Part shown: one piece after another, positions 42,270 to 56,029 of the stretch
Position numbering within the stretch: the stretch's first letter is position 1
Layout: each line of letters begins with the position of its first letter
Source: Paraspadella gotoi
Taxonomy: Eukaryota; Animalia; Chaetognatha
Direction: 5' to 3'
Assembly (NCBI GenBank): GCA_051294375.1
Contig: CM119268.1
Location: 2,975,935 to 3,039,934 of the forward strand
DNA length: 64,000 bases
The notes under the pieces: generated by a model
What the model was told of the DNA's origin: nothing
Seen by the model: only the letters and a program-made list of their open reading frames with translations
Databases searched by the model: none
Program-made: the position numbers and the translations under genes

Positions 42270-42727
42270 CGTCTCTCTCTCTCATCTCTCTCTCTCTGTC
42301 TTCTTCCCTCTCTTATCCTCATCCCCCAAAAAAAACCTTACGCAAAAATCTTTCCGTCACCGAGAGCAAATATTTATTTCCGTTTTATCATAAAAAGCAG
42401 AAGCTCCACTACGAATCATATCATCTACTACATCTAAGGTTGAACGTGCCCATCCTGTGCCAAGAACGTAAGAAGCCTCAGGCCAATGGCCGACAAAGTG
42501 TGTAAACATTGTCAATCATAGTTAAGAATATTAATTGAACATTAAATGGAAGATGGTAGTTTAGTTAAAGGTTAGATACACTTTTACGATACCACATTTA
42601 CATACAGTGGACAAAAACAGGAGTTTGCATAAAGTATCACTTTGATCCCCTTTGCTCATCATCGTTTCGTTTTGACATTTCTTCTCTCTCTCTCTCTCTC
42701 TCGTCCTCTCTCTCTCTCTCCTCTCTC

Positions 42728-42773
<46 letters not shown>

Positions 42774-43436
42774 CTCTCCTCTCTCCCCAGCGTACAAGTA
42801 CCTCATGACTCATTGTTTTGAAGGCGTTACTAAGCAACCAAAACGCACAGGGAACGCGTCTCTAAGTAACTTCTCCTCTGCAACCCTCCGCCCCCCCCCC
42901 TGCACCCGTAAAAAAAAACTCCAAAAACCGCGCGCATTTGTTTTTTTTTTTCTCTTTAGTCTGGGTCATTCCGCCGCTTTGCCATCGCAAGTCACCCGTT
43001 CGAATCCCTCAAGCGCAAAATAGAGTTTTCAATACCAGAAAAAACGCTTGGGATTTTTTTTTTGGGGGGGGGAGTGGAGCGGGGAGTTGAATATCGAAAC
43101 AACGAGCATAAAACGAATTTGTTGTTTCGTATTCAGTTTTTATGGGCACAATAGTTTCGTTTTTTTTTTGTTTTATTTTTTTTTTCCTTCCGACTCGTTT
43201 CAAAATTTATCGGCCTCGACTTTTTTTTTGTTTANNNNNNNNNNNNNNNNNNNNNNNNNGTTTCCTCAGTGAATTCGCCGTCGGTGAGTTTCTGCTTTTA
43301 CCAAAGGAGTTATGGCTTTCGTAGTAGTATTTTTTTTACACGTAGTTTGCCTATGTATGACTTTCGAATACTAAGTATGAAAAATTAATTTTTTTCTTCA
43401 GTTTCGTCCATTTATAATTTTTGCTCGTCTGCGAAT

Positions 43437-43569
<133 letters not shown>

Positions 43570-43613
43570 CCCTCATCAACCCTCCGACCTCCCCCCAACC
43601 CTCCTTACCCTAC

Positions 43614-43787
43614 CTGACCCAAACTGCTGCCGCCCGAACTCTCGCCGGAAGAGGGCGGGCCCGAGCGGTGAGTGGCGAAGTCGGGCAGACGCGACTGTGA
43701 GTGAATGTAAGGATTGATTCTTCGGATGTAGCAGAGAATCGTGACGGCGAAGACGAGGACGACGACGGAGAAGATCACAACGTAGAC
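43614..43787 (-). CDS. ena: Alternative exon C: transmembrane helix and juxtamembrane segment
   Basis: cccctctcag|GTC...GGT CAG|GTAGGG; 174 nt, phase 0-0; VYVVIFSVVVLVFAVTILCYIRRINPYIHSQSRLPDFATHRSGPPSSGESSGGSSLGQ, with 21 uncharged residues followed by RR. Confidence 0.7.
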
Positions 43788-44711
43788 CTGAGAGGGGAAG
43801 TGATAGAGTAGTGATAGAGAAGTGATGAAGACGGGAGAGGGAAGTGAGATCAAAGGTTAAATTAGATGAGGTTATGTCGTTGGCAACCTCGTCAAATAAA
43901 ACTGTTAATATGCAAATTAGCAAATACGTCAGAGTAAAGCTATTTATATATGTAGCCGTTTGAAAACAAACTATTCCGTTTTTTTAATACAGGAACATAT
44001 GGATAAAAGACGTAAATATTTAGGAAAAATCGAATAATGCAATCGTAAATTTCTTTTATATTCCACGTTAACTCTAAAAATTTTTGTATTTAGTTGTTGT
44101 CAAGTCAATTTCAGGTTATGATATTATAATTTTGGGTTATTTGTATCTGCTGCAATATGCAAATTAGATTTAAAAACTTCATAAAAAAGTTGAAACAATC
44201 GTTAAAGGAAATCATCGGAATTCGATAAAAAGAAGAAGAGGAAGAGGAGGAGGAGGAGGAGGAGTATGTGGAGGAGGAGGGTAAAAGGGTAAAAGGACTT
44301 AAGATCTTGTCAGGCGGAACATTAACGTATTGGCTTTCAAATCTTGGTTGCAAAGATATAAAAGGAGACAACAAACGTGGATGACGGGGAGAAATGCTGA
44401 GTTGAGCTCAAGAGTTAGTAAATAAATATTGAGGTTAATATTTTATTAATAAATGTTTAGAATTAAAGTTTATTAAAAATTGTCAAGCTTGAAAGTTAAT
44501 TAATAAATGTCAAGCTTGAAAGTTAATAAATAGTAATCTCAATTGTTAACTACTAAATGTTAAGTTAAATATTAAATGCTTAGCTTAAAAATTGATTAAA
44601 AAAAAATATCGGTCTTAATAAGTTCAAGAACTCTAAAAGTAAAAAAAAAAAAGAAAATACCCTAGCTTTAAACCGATCTACTAAATGACCGACCGACCAC
44701 GTCTTTCTTAC

Positions 44712-44838
44712 CTCCAGCGGAGAGGATTGGACGAGTCCGTTCGTCCCCGGTGACGGAAGGAGCTTCGCCGACGGCGAGTCGTAAGCGTCGCCAGGTGAAG
44801 TGAACCCGTCCAAATCTCGGGCCGACGTTTGGTTGCCC
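44712..44838 (-). CDS. ena: Alternative exon B
   Basis: aaaag|G GGC AAC CAA ACG...CTG GAG|GTAAGA; 127 nt, phase 2-0; GNQTSARDLDGFTSPGDAYDSPSAKLLPSPGTNGLVQSSPLE, containing an NQT sequon. The acceptor is purine-rich (weak). Confidence 0.6.
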
Positions 44839-45019
44839 CTTTTTCAAGCGTGGGGTGAATCAGAATCAGAATCATGAATGAGAAGTGAAAGCGATTAGTG
44901 AATTGAGATTAATACGAAGTCCATCGTTATTAAAGTTTATTTTCTTGAACGTTAAAAGATCTTGACTTTTATTATGTTCGTTTTGTCTAAAAACAAATGA
45001 ACATTCTCAGCTTTCTTAC

Positions 45020-45087
45020 CTGACGAGATACGCGGATCCGAACGGCGGCGGCGACGACGACGAAGACGACGATAAAAACGACTCCAT
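45020..45087 (-). CDS. ena: Alternative exon A, minimal coding part (the exon may extend to an acceptor at about 45612; true start unresolved)
   Basis: ATG GAG TCG TTT TTA...CTC GTC AG|GTAAGA; MESFLSSSSSSSPPPFGSAYLV + AG, phase 2, in frame with exon B. Confidence 0.5.
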
Positions 45088-46065
45088 CGCGAAATTCGAT
45101 CGAAAAAAAAAAGGAGATGGAAGCACAATTATCTAGGATCGATTGATGTAGAGGAGGAGGCGAAGATGGCGATGAGGAAGCGCCGTTGATGGAGCGAAGG
45201 AGGGTGCTGCAGAGAGAGGGAAGAGAGTGCTGCTGCAGACCCAGAGACGAATAGTGCTGTAGCTAGGAGTTCTGAGAAAGTAAACGTTGGGGCGGCGATG
45301 GGTGACCAAGAGACAGATACGGTGGGAGACGATTCGGACAAACGCGAGAGGGAGACGGAGACAGAGAAGGTGATAGAGATGGAGTCGTCGATATAGAGAG
45401 AGAGTTGAAGTCGGAGTTTTTTGAGACGGAGTCAAAAAAAAAGTTGAGGGATGGGCAATCGATAGATCGACAACGAAAATCAAAGCAGTGATGCAATAGA
45501 ATAAGTCATGTTGTTGTTGTCATTGTTATTGCAGATGGAAATGGAATGAGTGGCATCGAGAAGCGGACACGCCCACTTCTACGATACGACGTCCGCGCCG
45601 ACGCCATCTGCGCTGAAAGTCTCTTTACATCTTGGAAAAAAAACGACTAATAAAAAAAAAGAGTTTTAGAAAAGAAGGTTGGGAAAAGAATTAACGAACG
45701 AGTTGTTTAAGTTCCACAAGCGAAAGATAAATTTTGAAAGGTAAGGTAAGGTAAGGTAAGGTCGTAAGAGGATGTGTCCGTTCAAACGAAGCGAAAAAAA
45801 TGTTTAGTTTTGGTAAGTGAAGTTTGTTGAATTTGTAAATTGAGCTTCGTTCAAATTCACGCGTGTTGAAAAAAGGGGAAAAAAAGACCTTTCTATTATT
45901 AAGAAGGATATAAAGTTTGTTTTTTTTTTAAAGAAATAAATGGAAGAAGAAATTTAAAAATAAAATATTGAAAATAAAGTGAGCGTCGGTTTATTGAGAG
46001 ATCGTGCCAAGAAGAATAACACCTTCTTTTCTATTATTGACAATGAGGTGGAATAAGGGGAGAGA

Positions 46066-46151
<86 letters not shown>

Positions 46152-47487
46152 TCTGGTAAGTTCATCCACGATCGGTGAGGGTGGATTCTTTGCTTCTTTT
46201 TTTTTTCTTTCTCTTTGTTTCTTTACTGCTGAGTAAATGTTATCTCGAGGGAATATTGGAAAAAAAAAATCTTTGCCTTTTTTTTAGTCATAAAAAAATT
46301 GTACAAATACGAAAAAAAATATTAAAATTCTCAACCAACGAAGAGAGAAACGGCGGACTTTTCTTTATTGCGATATTTTAGCGCAAAAAAAAAAATAATT
46401 GAAGAAAAAAGCATTAAAAAAAAACAGAAAAAAAAAAGAGAGACACAGACAAAAAAAAATTTAAAGGTTGGGTTTTTTGTGGAGGGAAATTCCAGTGAAA
46501 CCTTGAAAAAGAGAAAATCTCCCTTTTTTTTTTTAAGAAAAGAAAAAGAAGGAACCAATGGAATGTTTTTTTTTCAAGTTTTTTTAAAGGAAAAATCGAA
46601 GTCAAATCTTCTCATTTTCTCTGCCTTTTTTTCTCTCTTTTTCGTCTTCTTCTTTTGGGGTCGAAAAAGTATGAAACATTTTTAGATAAAGAACAGATTT
46701 TAGGTTTAAAAGAGGGGGAATCGAAAGAGGAAGGAAAAGAGGGGGGCGGAGGGGGGGAAACGAAACAAAAGTTAGGATAAACAAAGGGGGTAAGAAACAG
46801 AAGCAGTAAAAAAGAAACACGATGAGAGAAAAGCGGGCGATGTGAGGAGGTAAATATTAGATAAGTTTAGAAAACAAACATGAAAGCGCGAAGGACAAAT
46901 TCTGAGAAAAAAAAACAGTGAAGAAACAAAAAGAAAAACAAAACAGAATGAAGTGGAGAAAAGAAAATGGGCGAAACAAAAAGCGGAGAAAAGAGAAGCG
47001 AAAGAAACACGTGGTCCCTCAGACGGTTTATGTATGAAACGAATCGATCTGGGATTCTCGACATCAGAGTTTGCAGATGCTACTCGACAAAAAAAAGTTT
47101 GTTTTGTTTTTTTTTGTTTTTATATTTTTAGTTTTAGAAAAAAAAATATTAAAGAGTAGGAGTTTGAGACGGGGTTAAAAGGATAATTACTGATTACTAT
47201 GAAAATCATTTTGAGTAATCTCTCGCTCAATGTTGGTATCATCAATAGTTATTCAGTGTAAATAAAATATTTGATAGAAATTTTACGTCGAGATTTCTTC
47301 CATTTTTATCACAAATAATCACGAAATAGAAAATAGAAATAAAAAAATTGGAAACGTCTTCACTCCGGCTGCCAATTTTATTTTTTTATTGCAAACAAAA
47401 GAATCAAATTTTTTTTAGTTTAAGACGAATAAAATGATTTATTTATATATCCATTGACAAATAGGACGAGATTTAAAACGCCGCGTT

Positions 47488-47725
47488 TCACTCGCAGAAT
47501 ATCTCATGATTCACACAGAGAGCGATTCACCTGTAGAAGATCTCACTATTCACAAAATGAGTGATTCACTAGCAGAAGATCTCGGGATTCACATAGAAAA
47601 CGATTCACTCGCAGAAGATCTCACGATTAACCCACAGAACGATTCACTCGCAGAAGATCTCGCGATTCTCACAGCGATTCATTCGCAGAAGATCTCACGA
47701 TTGACACACAGATCGATTAACTCGA
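47488..47725. repeat. Minisatellite, 39-bp unit (gattcactcgcagaagatctcacgattcacacagagagc), about 6 diverged copies
   Basis: Recurring gaagatctc core; translates on + as DSLAEDL-containing 13-aa repeats. Confidence 0.85.
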
Positions 47726-48091
47726 TGCGCGATTCACGAGAAAAGGAAACGACGCTCCCGTCGATGCCGCTTATATCGATGATGATAAGGAGGAAGTTAC
47801 TACGGTAGTTGTAGTGGATGTGGCAAGTAGTGGCAGCGTAAGAGGTGGCAATTGTGCCCGATACAGTGAAAGAATTGTAGGCCACAGTAGCGGCAGCGGC
47901 GGCGGCAGTGGCGGCGACAGACGCGGCAGTGGCGGAGGAAGCGGCGTTTGCGGCGAAGACCGGATCAGACTAAAGATTCTTATCGAGAAAAGAAAAAAAA
48001 AAGAAAGAAAAAAAGACCCAGAAAATCGAGATAAAATCGAATCTTGGGTTTAGAACTTTGAGGGGAAACGATATCTGGGGCGGAATAGGAA

Positions 48092-48495
48092 AACAGAAGA
48101 ACAAGAGCAGTTAACAGAAGAACATGGAAAGATAACAGAAGAACAAGAATAGATAATAGGAGAACATGGGAAGATAACAGAAGAACAAGACCAGTTAACA
48201 GAAGAACATGGAAAGATACCGGAACAAGGATAGATAACAGAAGAACAAGGGCAGTTAACAGAAGAACATGGAAAGATAACAGAAGAACAAGAATAGATAA
48301 CAGAAGAACACGGAAAAATAACAGAACAAGGTTAGATAACAGAAGAACATGGGAAGATAACAGAAGAACTAGGGCAGTTAACAGAAGAACAATGTAGATA
48401 ACAAAAAGCGCGGGTAAAGAACAAAGGAACATGGATAAATAACTTAAGAACAAGGAGAGATAACAAAGGAACAAGGAAAGATAACATGAGAACAA
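48092..48495. repeat. Minisatellite, 21-bp unit (aacagaagaacatggaaagat and variants), about 19 copies
   Basis: Direct inspection; three alternating variants ending gcagtt, gaaagat and atagat. Confidence 0.9.
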
Positions 48496-48798
48496 ACTCA
48501 AACATTATCGTGCAAACAATGAGGGTCGCAAAGAAAGTCGCCAAATTATGATCGTAAAAATTTTAAACCCAAAACCTGGCAAAGTTCATAACGAAGAATG
48601 CAGTATGAAAAACGATCACAACCACAAGAGAACAACAACGACGACAAAGCCGTGGTCAGCTCAATTTTGACCAATCATCGATTGAGATATTCCGCCAATC
48701 AGAAACGACGACGGACTTTCCATATCTTGGAACAACAAAGTAAACACGATCCTCAACGAAAACAAAAACTTGAATCGAGAATAATGATATTGAAGATT

Positions 48799-48844
<46 letters not shown>

Positions 48845-49337
48845 AAACGACGACGACAATAGAGGAAGTGACGAAAAAACGGAAAATGGATGACGTTTTA
48901 AATTTGGAGAAAAAAGAGGAAGGAAGAAAGGAGATGGGCGGAGGAAGGAAAGAGATTATTTCAAGAGGGTACAGATGATTGTTCGAAAAGGGAAAGCTAA
49001 GGATAAATAAATAATTAAATAACGAGCGATTATGAAAGAACGAAAAAGACTTACGGATGTAACAGATGAATCGAGAATTTGAAAATGGATGAGGGATTTA
49101 AGAAAGAGATATTAAAAAGTGTGAAGGAGATGATAAACGGAATAAAAATAAATAAATGACGATGATAGAGATGATTGTTTTGAATCGTTTTAACCGAAGC
49201 TCCGTACAAGTTGACCGATTGACGATAAAGCGGGCGTCCTATCCGTCTGTCTCTCTGTCCTATCTTCGCGCCTCCAAGGAGTTTGTCTCTCACCGCAAAT
49301 TTGAAGGCGTTGAAAGACTTAGCGTCGATATTAGAAG

Positions 49338-49339
<2 letters not shown>

Positions 49340-49371
<32 letters not shown>

Positions 49372-50105
49372 TCATGACGACGATGTCAAGAACGAAGAGG
49401 ATGTTGAGGACGACGACGATCATGACGACGATGTCGAGAACGAAGAGGATGTTGAGGACGACGACGATGTTGACGATGAAGACGACGACGATGACAAAAA
49501 TGACGACGTTGATGACAATGACGACAACTGTGGATAAGGCGCTCAGTGGTCTGAAGATGACTATCCGTAACTTCTATAACCCCCTCTAGCAGCCATGTAA
49601 CGGGTCCTGGGCTTAGAACCAGGCTTGAGGGTTTGTCACGCCCCCAAGTCGGCTAAGGGCCGTCGTCACGCTTCCCGCAGGGTAGGTACTGGGTTGGGAT
49701 TGAACCCGGTACCTAGTGGTCATGAGCTAATGGCTTTACCCAATGAGCCACCGGGTCAGGACTGAAGGTGTCATGCTTATAGGCAGGGTGAACCTACACA
49801 ACAATGACGATGTAAAGGACGGCGATAACAAAGACGACGACGACGACGACGACGACAGCGAATATGACGACGACGATGGCGCAATCGAAGACAAAAATGA
49901 CGATGATGAAGACGACGAAGATAATGACAACGACGACGATGATGAAGGCGACGACAAAAATGATGATGTTGACGATGTTGACGACGAAAGCGACGACGAT
50001 GACGACAACGATGGCGGCGATAACAAAGACGACGAGGACAGCGAATATGACGACGACGAAGGTGACAATTGCAACGAAAACGACGACGACGACGACGACA
50101 CGACG
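49340..50105. repeat. Degenerate (GAC/GAT)n trinucleotide field interrupted by a SINE-like insert
   Basis: Direct inspection; gives poly-D/T/S/R pseudo-ORFs in all frames. Confidence 0.9.
49525..49760 (-). mobile_element. tRNA-derived SINE-like element
   Basis: The minus strand begins gacccggTGGCTCATTGGGtaaagcc...accgGGTTCAATCCCaacc (Pol III A and B boxes at tRNA spacing), followed by about 170 nt of unique body of balanced GC. Confidence 0.65.
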
Positions 50106-50417
50106 ACCTCGCTAACAGAAAATGTAACAAAAAACAAATTAGGAAAATAAACATCACATAATTATACGAATAACAACTGAATTCAATTGATAAATGCCGA
50201 TACAAAAAATAAAATACCTAAAACAACAATAAAGTAACAATAACAACAACAACAACAACTTTCGCCGTCAAAGTGAAAACAACGCGAATCCGATATTTTC
50301 TCGTCATCAGCAGATTTTAGGGTTATTTTTTTTTTCTCGGCCAAAACGCCGGCATCGGCCGACGAAATCTAATTTCCCGGACAAATTTTCCGGCGCGGGA
50401 AAATCCCTGGGAAATGG

Positions 50418-50570
<153 letters not shown>

Positions 50571-51993
50571 AGTAAAGCGAATTGAGGAAAATAGTAAAAC
50601 TTATATCTAATATTTTCGTGACGAATCGTGAATTTACTGTTTTGCGAGAGTTTTTTTGTTTTGTTTTGTTTTAGTGAAAAACAGATTTTAAATAGAAAAA
50701 AAATTAGAGAAGAAAGGAAGGAAATAACAAAATCTCCTCTTGAATGATAAGGAATAAAAAGAAAGGAAGGAAGGAAAGAATAAAAAAGGCAACAAATATT
50801 GTATTGATAAATAAGTAATGTTTTCTCATCAAAAGAACAAAAAAAAGGAAATATATAAGGAAAAAGAGAAGAAAAGCGAAGAAAAAAAAAAAGAAACAGA
50901 GAAGAAATAAAACAGAAAAAGAAAACAGAGAAGAAATAAAACAGAAGTTTGGGGATCAACGGAGAAGCAAAAAGATTCACCACCGCGCCTGTGGCCAGAA
51001 GATGGAAGTCTCTCTCTCTCTCTCTCTCTCTCTCTNNNNNNNNNNNNNNNNNNNNNNNNNNNNNNNNNNNNNNNNNNNNNNNNNNNNNNNNNNNNNNNNN
51101 NNNNNNNNNNNNNNNNNNNNNNNNNNNNNNNNNNNNNNNNNNNNNNNNNNNNNNNNNNNNNNNNNNNNNNNNNNNNNNNNNNNNNNNNNNNNNNNNNNNN
51201 NNNNNNNNNNNNNNNNNNNNNNNNNNNNNNNNNNNNNNNNNNNNNNNNNNNNNNNNNNNNNNNNNNNNNNNNNNNNNNNNNNNNNNNNNNNNNNNNNNNN
51301 NNNNNNNNNNNNNNNNNNNNNNTTTTTTATCTCAGTGTGACGTTGGGATTTCTCCGCTTGTCAACCGCTGCGACAGCGAAAACAAAATACTACTTGATTA
51401 CAATAAAACGAAACATAAAAAAAAGTTGGCAGCTAAGAGTGAACGTATATAACTAAATTATTATGTATTTTATTGTTAAGTGGGAGATTGTCTTTGTGTT
51501 AAAAACTGATTTTAAAAATATAAGAAAATTACTAAAACACTAGAGACGAAATAACAACGTGGCAACGTAACAATGTAACAGTAACAGTAACAGTAACAAC
51601 GTGGCAAAATGTCAAAATGACAGTTGACCCTTCGACCTCATATCATAAAGAAGGTTTGTTGAACTACAGAATCTGGAATGTCCCCATGTACCAAACTAGT
51701 TTTACTCTAAACAAATCTATTGATAATTATGAAAACCACTCCACTAACTCCAGCCATCCAACCATTCACAAATCCATCCTCCCATTCATTCACCCATTCA
51801 CTAACCAACCCACCATTCACTCACACCCATTCATTCTCCCATCCCACCATTCACTCACCAGTCTTCCTCGCTTCCCATTTTTTTTCTGAGAGGAAAAACA
51901 GGGAAATTTCTTCTTTATTCTTTCCCATGGGGAGAGAGAGACGTTGCCTCTTTTGTAAGAGAGAGAGAGAGATAGAGAGAGATGCTGAACAAT

Positions 51994-51995
51994 GA

Positions 51996-52027
<32 letters not shown>

Positions 52028-52031
52028 AAAA

Positions 52032-52099
<68 letters not shown>

Positions 52100-52100
52100 A
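51994..52100. repeat. (GAAA)n tetranucleotide microsatellite
   Basis: Direct inspection. Confidence 0.95.
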
Positions 52101-53853
52101 AAAAATTTAAAAAAAGAAAGAAAGAAGTAAATAAAGAGAAAATGAAAGAAAGAAATAAGGAAAGAAAAAAAAGGAAAATAAAAAAAAAATCAAATCGAAA
52201 AATACAATCTTTGTCGTTGTTGTTGTTTTCACTTTTCACCTTCGGAAATATTTTTCTTTTCACCAAATTTTCTCTGAGATTTGAAAAAAAAGAGAAGGAA
52301 GAAACGACGACGTGATCCGAGAAGAGAATCGCGCCAGGAATTGAGAATTCCCAGATTTACAGGGTTCTTCGTATCGAACGATCAGAAGAAGACTATTTTC
52401 ATGTCAAAATTAAATATAATGAGGGAAAAGTGATCGTATTGAGATGGTGGGATAAATTCGTTAATGAAACCAAAAATAATTTGTTTTTGCCTAACATTTT
52501 TCACGATAATCCAAACTTTAAGCCAAAATTTGATAATACATATCATTGGCATTTCTTTGTTTAAAAATAACCACAGCTTTTGTTATTTAATGAAAAATTT
52601 ATTATCATGATGACTAATAAATAAATCACATTCAATTTGTTTAGGATAATTTTGTTTTGATAATATGGTATAAGGAGATGGATCCCNNNNNNNNNNNNNN
52701 NNNNNNNNNNNNNNNNNNNNNNNNNNNNNNNNNNNNNNNNNNNNNNNNNNNNNNNNNNNNNNNNNNNNNNNNNNNNNNNNNNNNNNNNNNNNNNNNNNNN
52801 NNNNNNNNNNNNNNNNNNNNNNNNNNNNNNNNNNNNNNNNNNNNNNNNNNNNNNNNNNNNNNNNNNNNNNNNNNNNNNNNNNNNNNNNNNNNNNNNNNNN
52901 NNNNNNNNNNNNNNNNNNNNGGGAGAGATAAAAAAACTGTGAGATTCCTCAAGAATTTGTCTATAAAAAATTGTATCTGGGGATTCTGAATTTCTCGAGA
53001 ATCTCGCGTCTTGGAACCGACGATTTGGCGCGAAAAAACAAAAATGGGAGGCGCGAAATTGAAAAGGGATAAATGGCAAAATGGAAAGTTTATGAATCGC
53101 GATTGCGCCGAATTTGACAAAATACAATAGATTAAAATAAATAGATTAATTTAGGTTAAATCGAGATATAATTATGAATTATTGATAAAATTATGATATT
53201 AATTTATTAATTAATTGTATTTTTCTATCGTTAACAAGAGGTAAAATTCGTTTCGCTGTTTGTGAAACTTAGAATGGGTGATATATTTTTTGGATATTCG
53301 ATTCGAGCTGGATTTGTAATGTCGGATTTAAATCAAATATGGTAATGCCACTGTGTTAACGATCAGACGATGAAACACTTTTTAAGAAATATATTTATTT
53401 TTAGATAAATTTAACCATGATGACATAATGTGAAATAGCGCTGGAATCGTCGTTAGGAAAAGAATGAAGAAATGGCATCGGCTCTGCTGGGAGTCGTCCA
53501 TTCCATCAGTTATTCCATTAATCTATTCCATTAATTATTCCATCTAATTATTCCATCAAGAATCTAAGATTTGAATCAATTCGCCATTTTGGTTTTATTC
53601 ATCTAGAAATCGATGATAAATTTGTTGCTTGCTTCATGAGAAAATATGATGCAATCGACGGTTTAAGGAGGACGGGTGGATGGCAGGAGAGAGAGAGAGA
53701 GGGAGAGAGAGGGAGAGAGAGAGAGAGATGAGAGAAGAGAGAGAGAAGAGAGAGAGAGAAGAGAAGGGAAACCATGGAAGCTAAAGAGTGAGACATGTAG
53801 GAGCGAAGACAAGAGGAGCGAGAAAGGAGGGAAAGGCAGAGCGTGGAGCGCAC

Positions 53854-53885
<32 letters not shown>

Positions 53886-54966
53886 TGAGAGAGAGAGAGA
53901 AGAGAGAGCGGTGAATGGAATAAACGGCGGGGAAGAGGAGCAACGGATTCGCGCCGAGCGCGCACTGGAGCGAAGGAGCGCCTGATACGGGGGCGGTGGG
54001 GGAGCAGGCCCAGGGTCCTGTGGTAGAGCAGAATAGCTGCGAAGGCGTGCAGGAGGCAGGTTGGGAATTGTTCGTTAGTCATCGCTGGAGCGAGAAAGAG
54101 GAAGAAGATTCTAGAATGAAGATAAGAGCAGAGAATGCTGGAGCAAGAAAGATGATAAGAGAAACAAATCAAAGTAAAAAAGAATAATAATTGATATTAT
54201 TGATTAATTAATTAAATTGATTAATTAATTTGTATCAATTCGTTTTCATTTTATTGGAAAAGGGTCGGGGTTAGTATTAGTACTATTAGTTCTTTATTTA
54301 CATACGCCGTAATTCGTGACGCCTTTGACCCTCCTTTCCTTTCTTTTTTTGCTGCAAACCCATCAAAATGGCCTCATTCCACTGAACTTACCCAAGCCCG
54401 TTCTGTGCTGAATAGAGGTGACTCTCTAACAATAAAATCCGCTCATCAACCTGAGCAATCAAAAGTTTAAAATTAATACACTTTTTAGCTTATCCGACCG
54501 TAATCCTTCAACCTCTCTCTCAGCCAATCATCCGCCCGTATTTTCACCTTCAATTCTTTTCTCAGCCAATCAACTGCCCGCATTCTGACCTTCAATTCAT
54601 CATGACGATACAAGAATTAACAAACAAATTAATGTTTATTCTTATCATCTAACCTAATTCAGTTTCGGAATAAAAAAAAAAAAAAAAAAAAGAGCCGAAT
54701 GCATCGGCGATAATAATCCAGTAACCGAGTAAAATTGTTTAGCCAAAAAAAAAAAAAAAATTAATAATTATACAAGTTTTCCCTCATAATAAATGCTTCA
54801 TCAACAATAAACAAAAAGCTAATCGGTTTTCGGCCGGTGTGCTTTTTTTTTTTTTTTTTTTTTTTTTTTCCTTGTTTTCGTGTTTGTTGTTCGCAAGTAT
54901 TTGTTTGTTTTTGGCGAGAAAAATGGAAACCCGGCGGTTACTTGACTTTGGCGTTCTCTCTCTGCA

Positions 54967-55024
<58 letters not shown>

Positions 55025-55182
55025 TCTCTCCAGCTAATTTTGCTATGTTTTATATGTAGACTAAATCTTTTTGACTTTTTCAATCTCTCCCTGGCGGATC
55101 TCAAATCGCTTAACCAGATTTCAGCTACAGTTAAATTCCAACCTTGATTTCAACTGTACAGAAGACCACGCGAGAAATGAAA

Positions 55183-55218
<36 letters not shown>

Positions 55219-56029
55219 CGGCTCCTCAATCCTATTCTCTCTTCTCTCTTCGCTATCTTCTCTCTTCCTAGCTAATACTAATCTAATTAACTTACAATTT
55301 AATTGTCTTTTTGGACATATTTGCAGAATCTGTAACAACCAAGAATGGCAAAAGATATAGGTGTCCGGTGAATTATTTCATGTTATACCCAAATCAGTTT
55401 TTTAGTCTCTCTCTTTTCCTCTGCCAGATTAAAGACGTCATAACCATTTTATCAGAATCATTGTGTTAACAAGAATGTTCGGTTTTTGCTTCCTGTTGGT
55501 TCTTATCTTCTTAATATTTGTAATCCAAACTTTAAGCCAAAATTTGATAATACATATCATTGGCCATTTCTTTTTTAAAAATAACCACAGCTTTTGCTAT
55601 TTTAATGCAAAAATTTATTATCATGTATGACTAATAAATAAATTCACATTCAATTGCTTTTTTTAAGGATACTTTTGTTTTGCATTAATATGCGTTTATA
55701 AGTGCAGATGGCATCCCTGGCGATCGAACCCTATCTTCTCTTTTATTTTTAAGATTGAATTTCTTTAAAAAAATGAGAGAGAGAGACGAGACGACGAGAG
55801 AGAGAGAGAGAGACAAGACGAGAAAGAGAGAGAGAGACGAGAGAGAGAGAGAGAGCCGCCCCTAAACTTAAGGAGAGATTAAAAAAACTGTTGAGATTCC
55901 TCAAGAATTTGTCTATAAAAAATTGTATCTGGGGGATTCTGAATTTCTCGAGAATCTCGCGCTCTTGCCGCAACCGACGATTTTGCGCCCGCGGAAAAAA
56001 CAAAAATGGGAGGCGGCGAAATTGAAAAG

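Noticed and set aside
42800-42880. Possible extra minus-strand exon (gttgcag|AGGAG...CATGAG|GTACTT)
   Set aside because: No consistent open frame among the three copies, no pyrimidine tract, and not needed for phase continuity.
47488-48495. CRISPR-like arrays
   Set aside because: Head-to-tail minisatellites without unique spacers, in a eukaryotic context with no cas genes.
49283-50150. Asp-rich acidic protein ORFs
   Set aside because: Degenerate GAC/GAT microsatellite open in most frames, interrupted by a SINE-like insert, with no splice support.
53900-54190. Purine-rich + strand ORF fragments (VNGINGGEEEQRIRAE...)
   Set aside because: No recognisable domain, frames disagree between copies, and no convincing splice sites.
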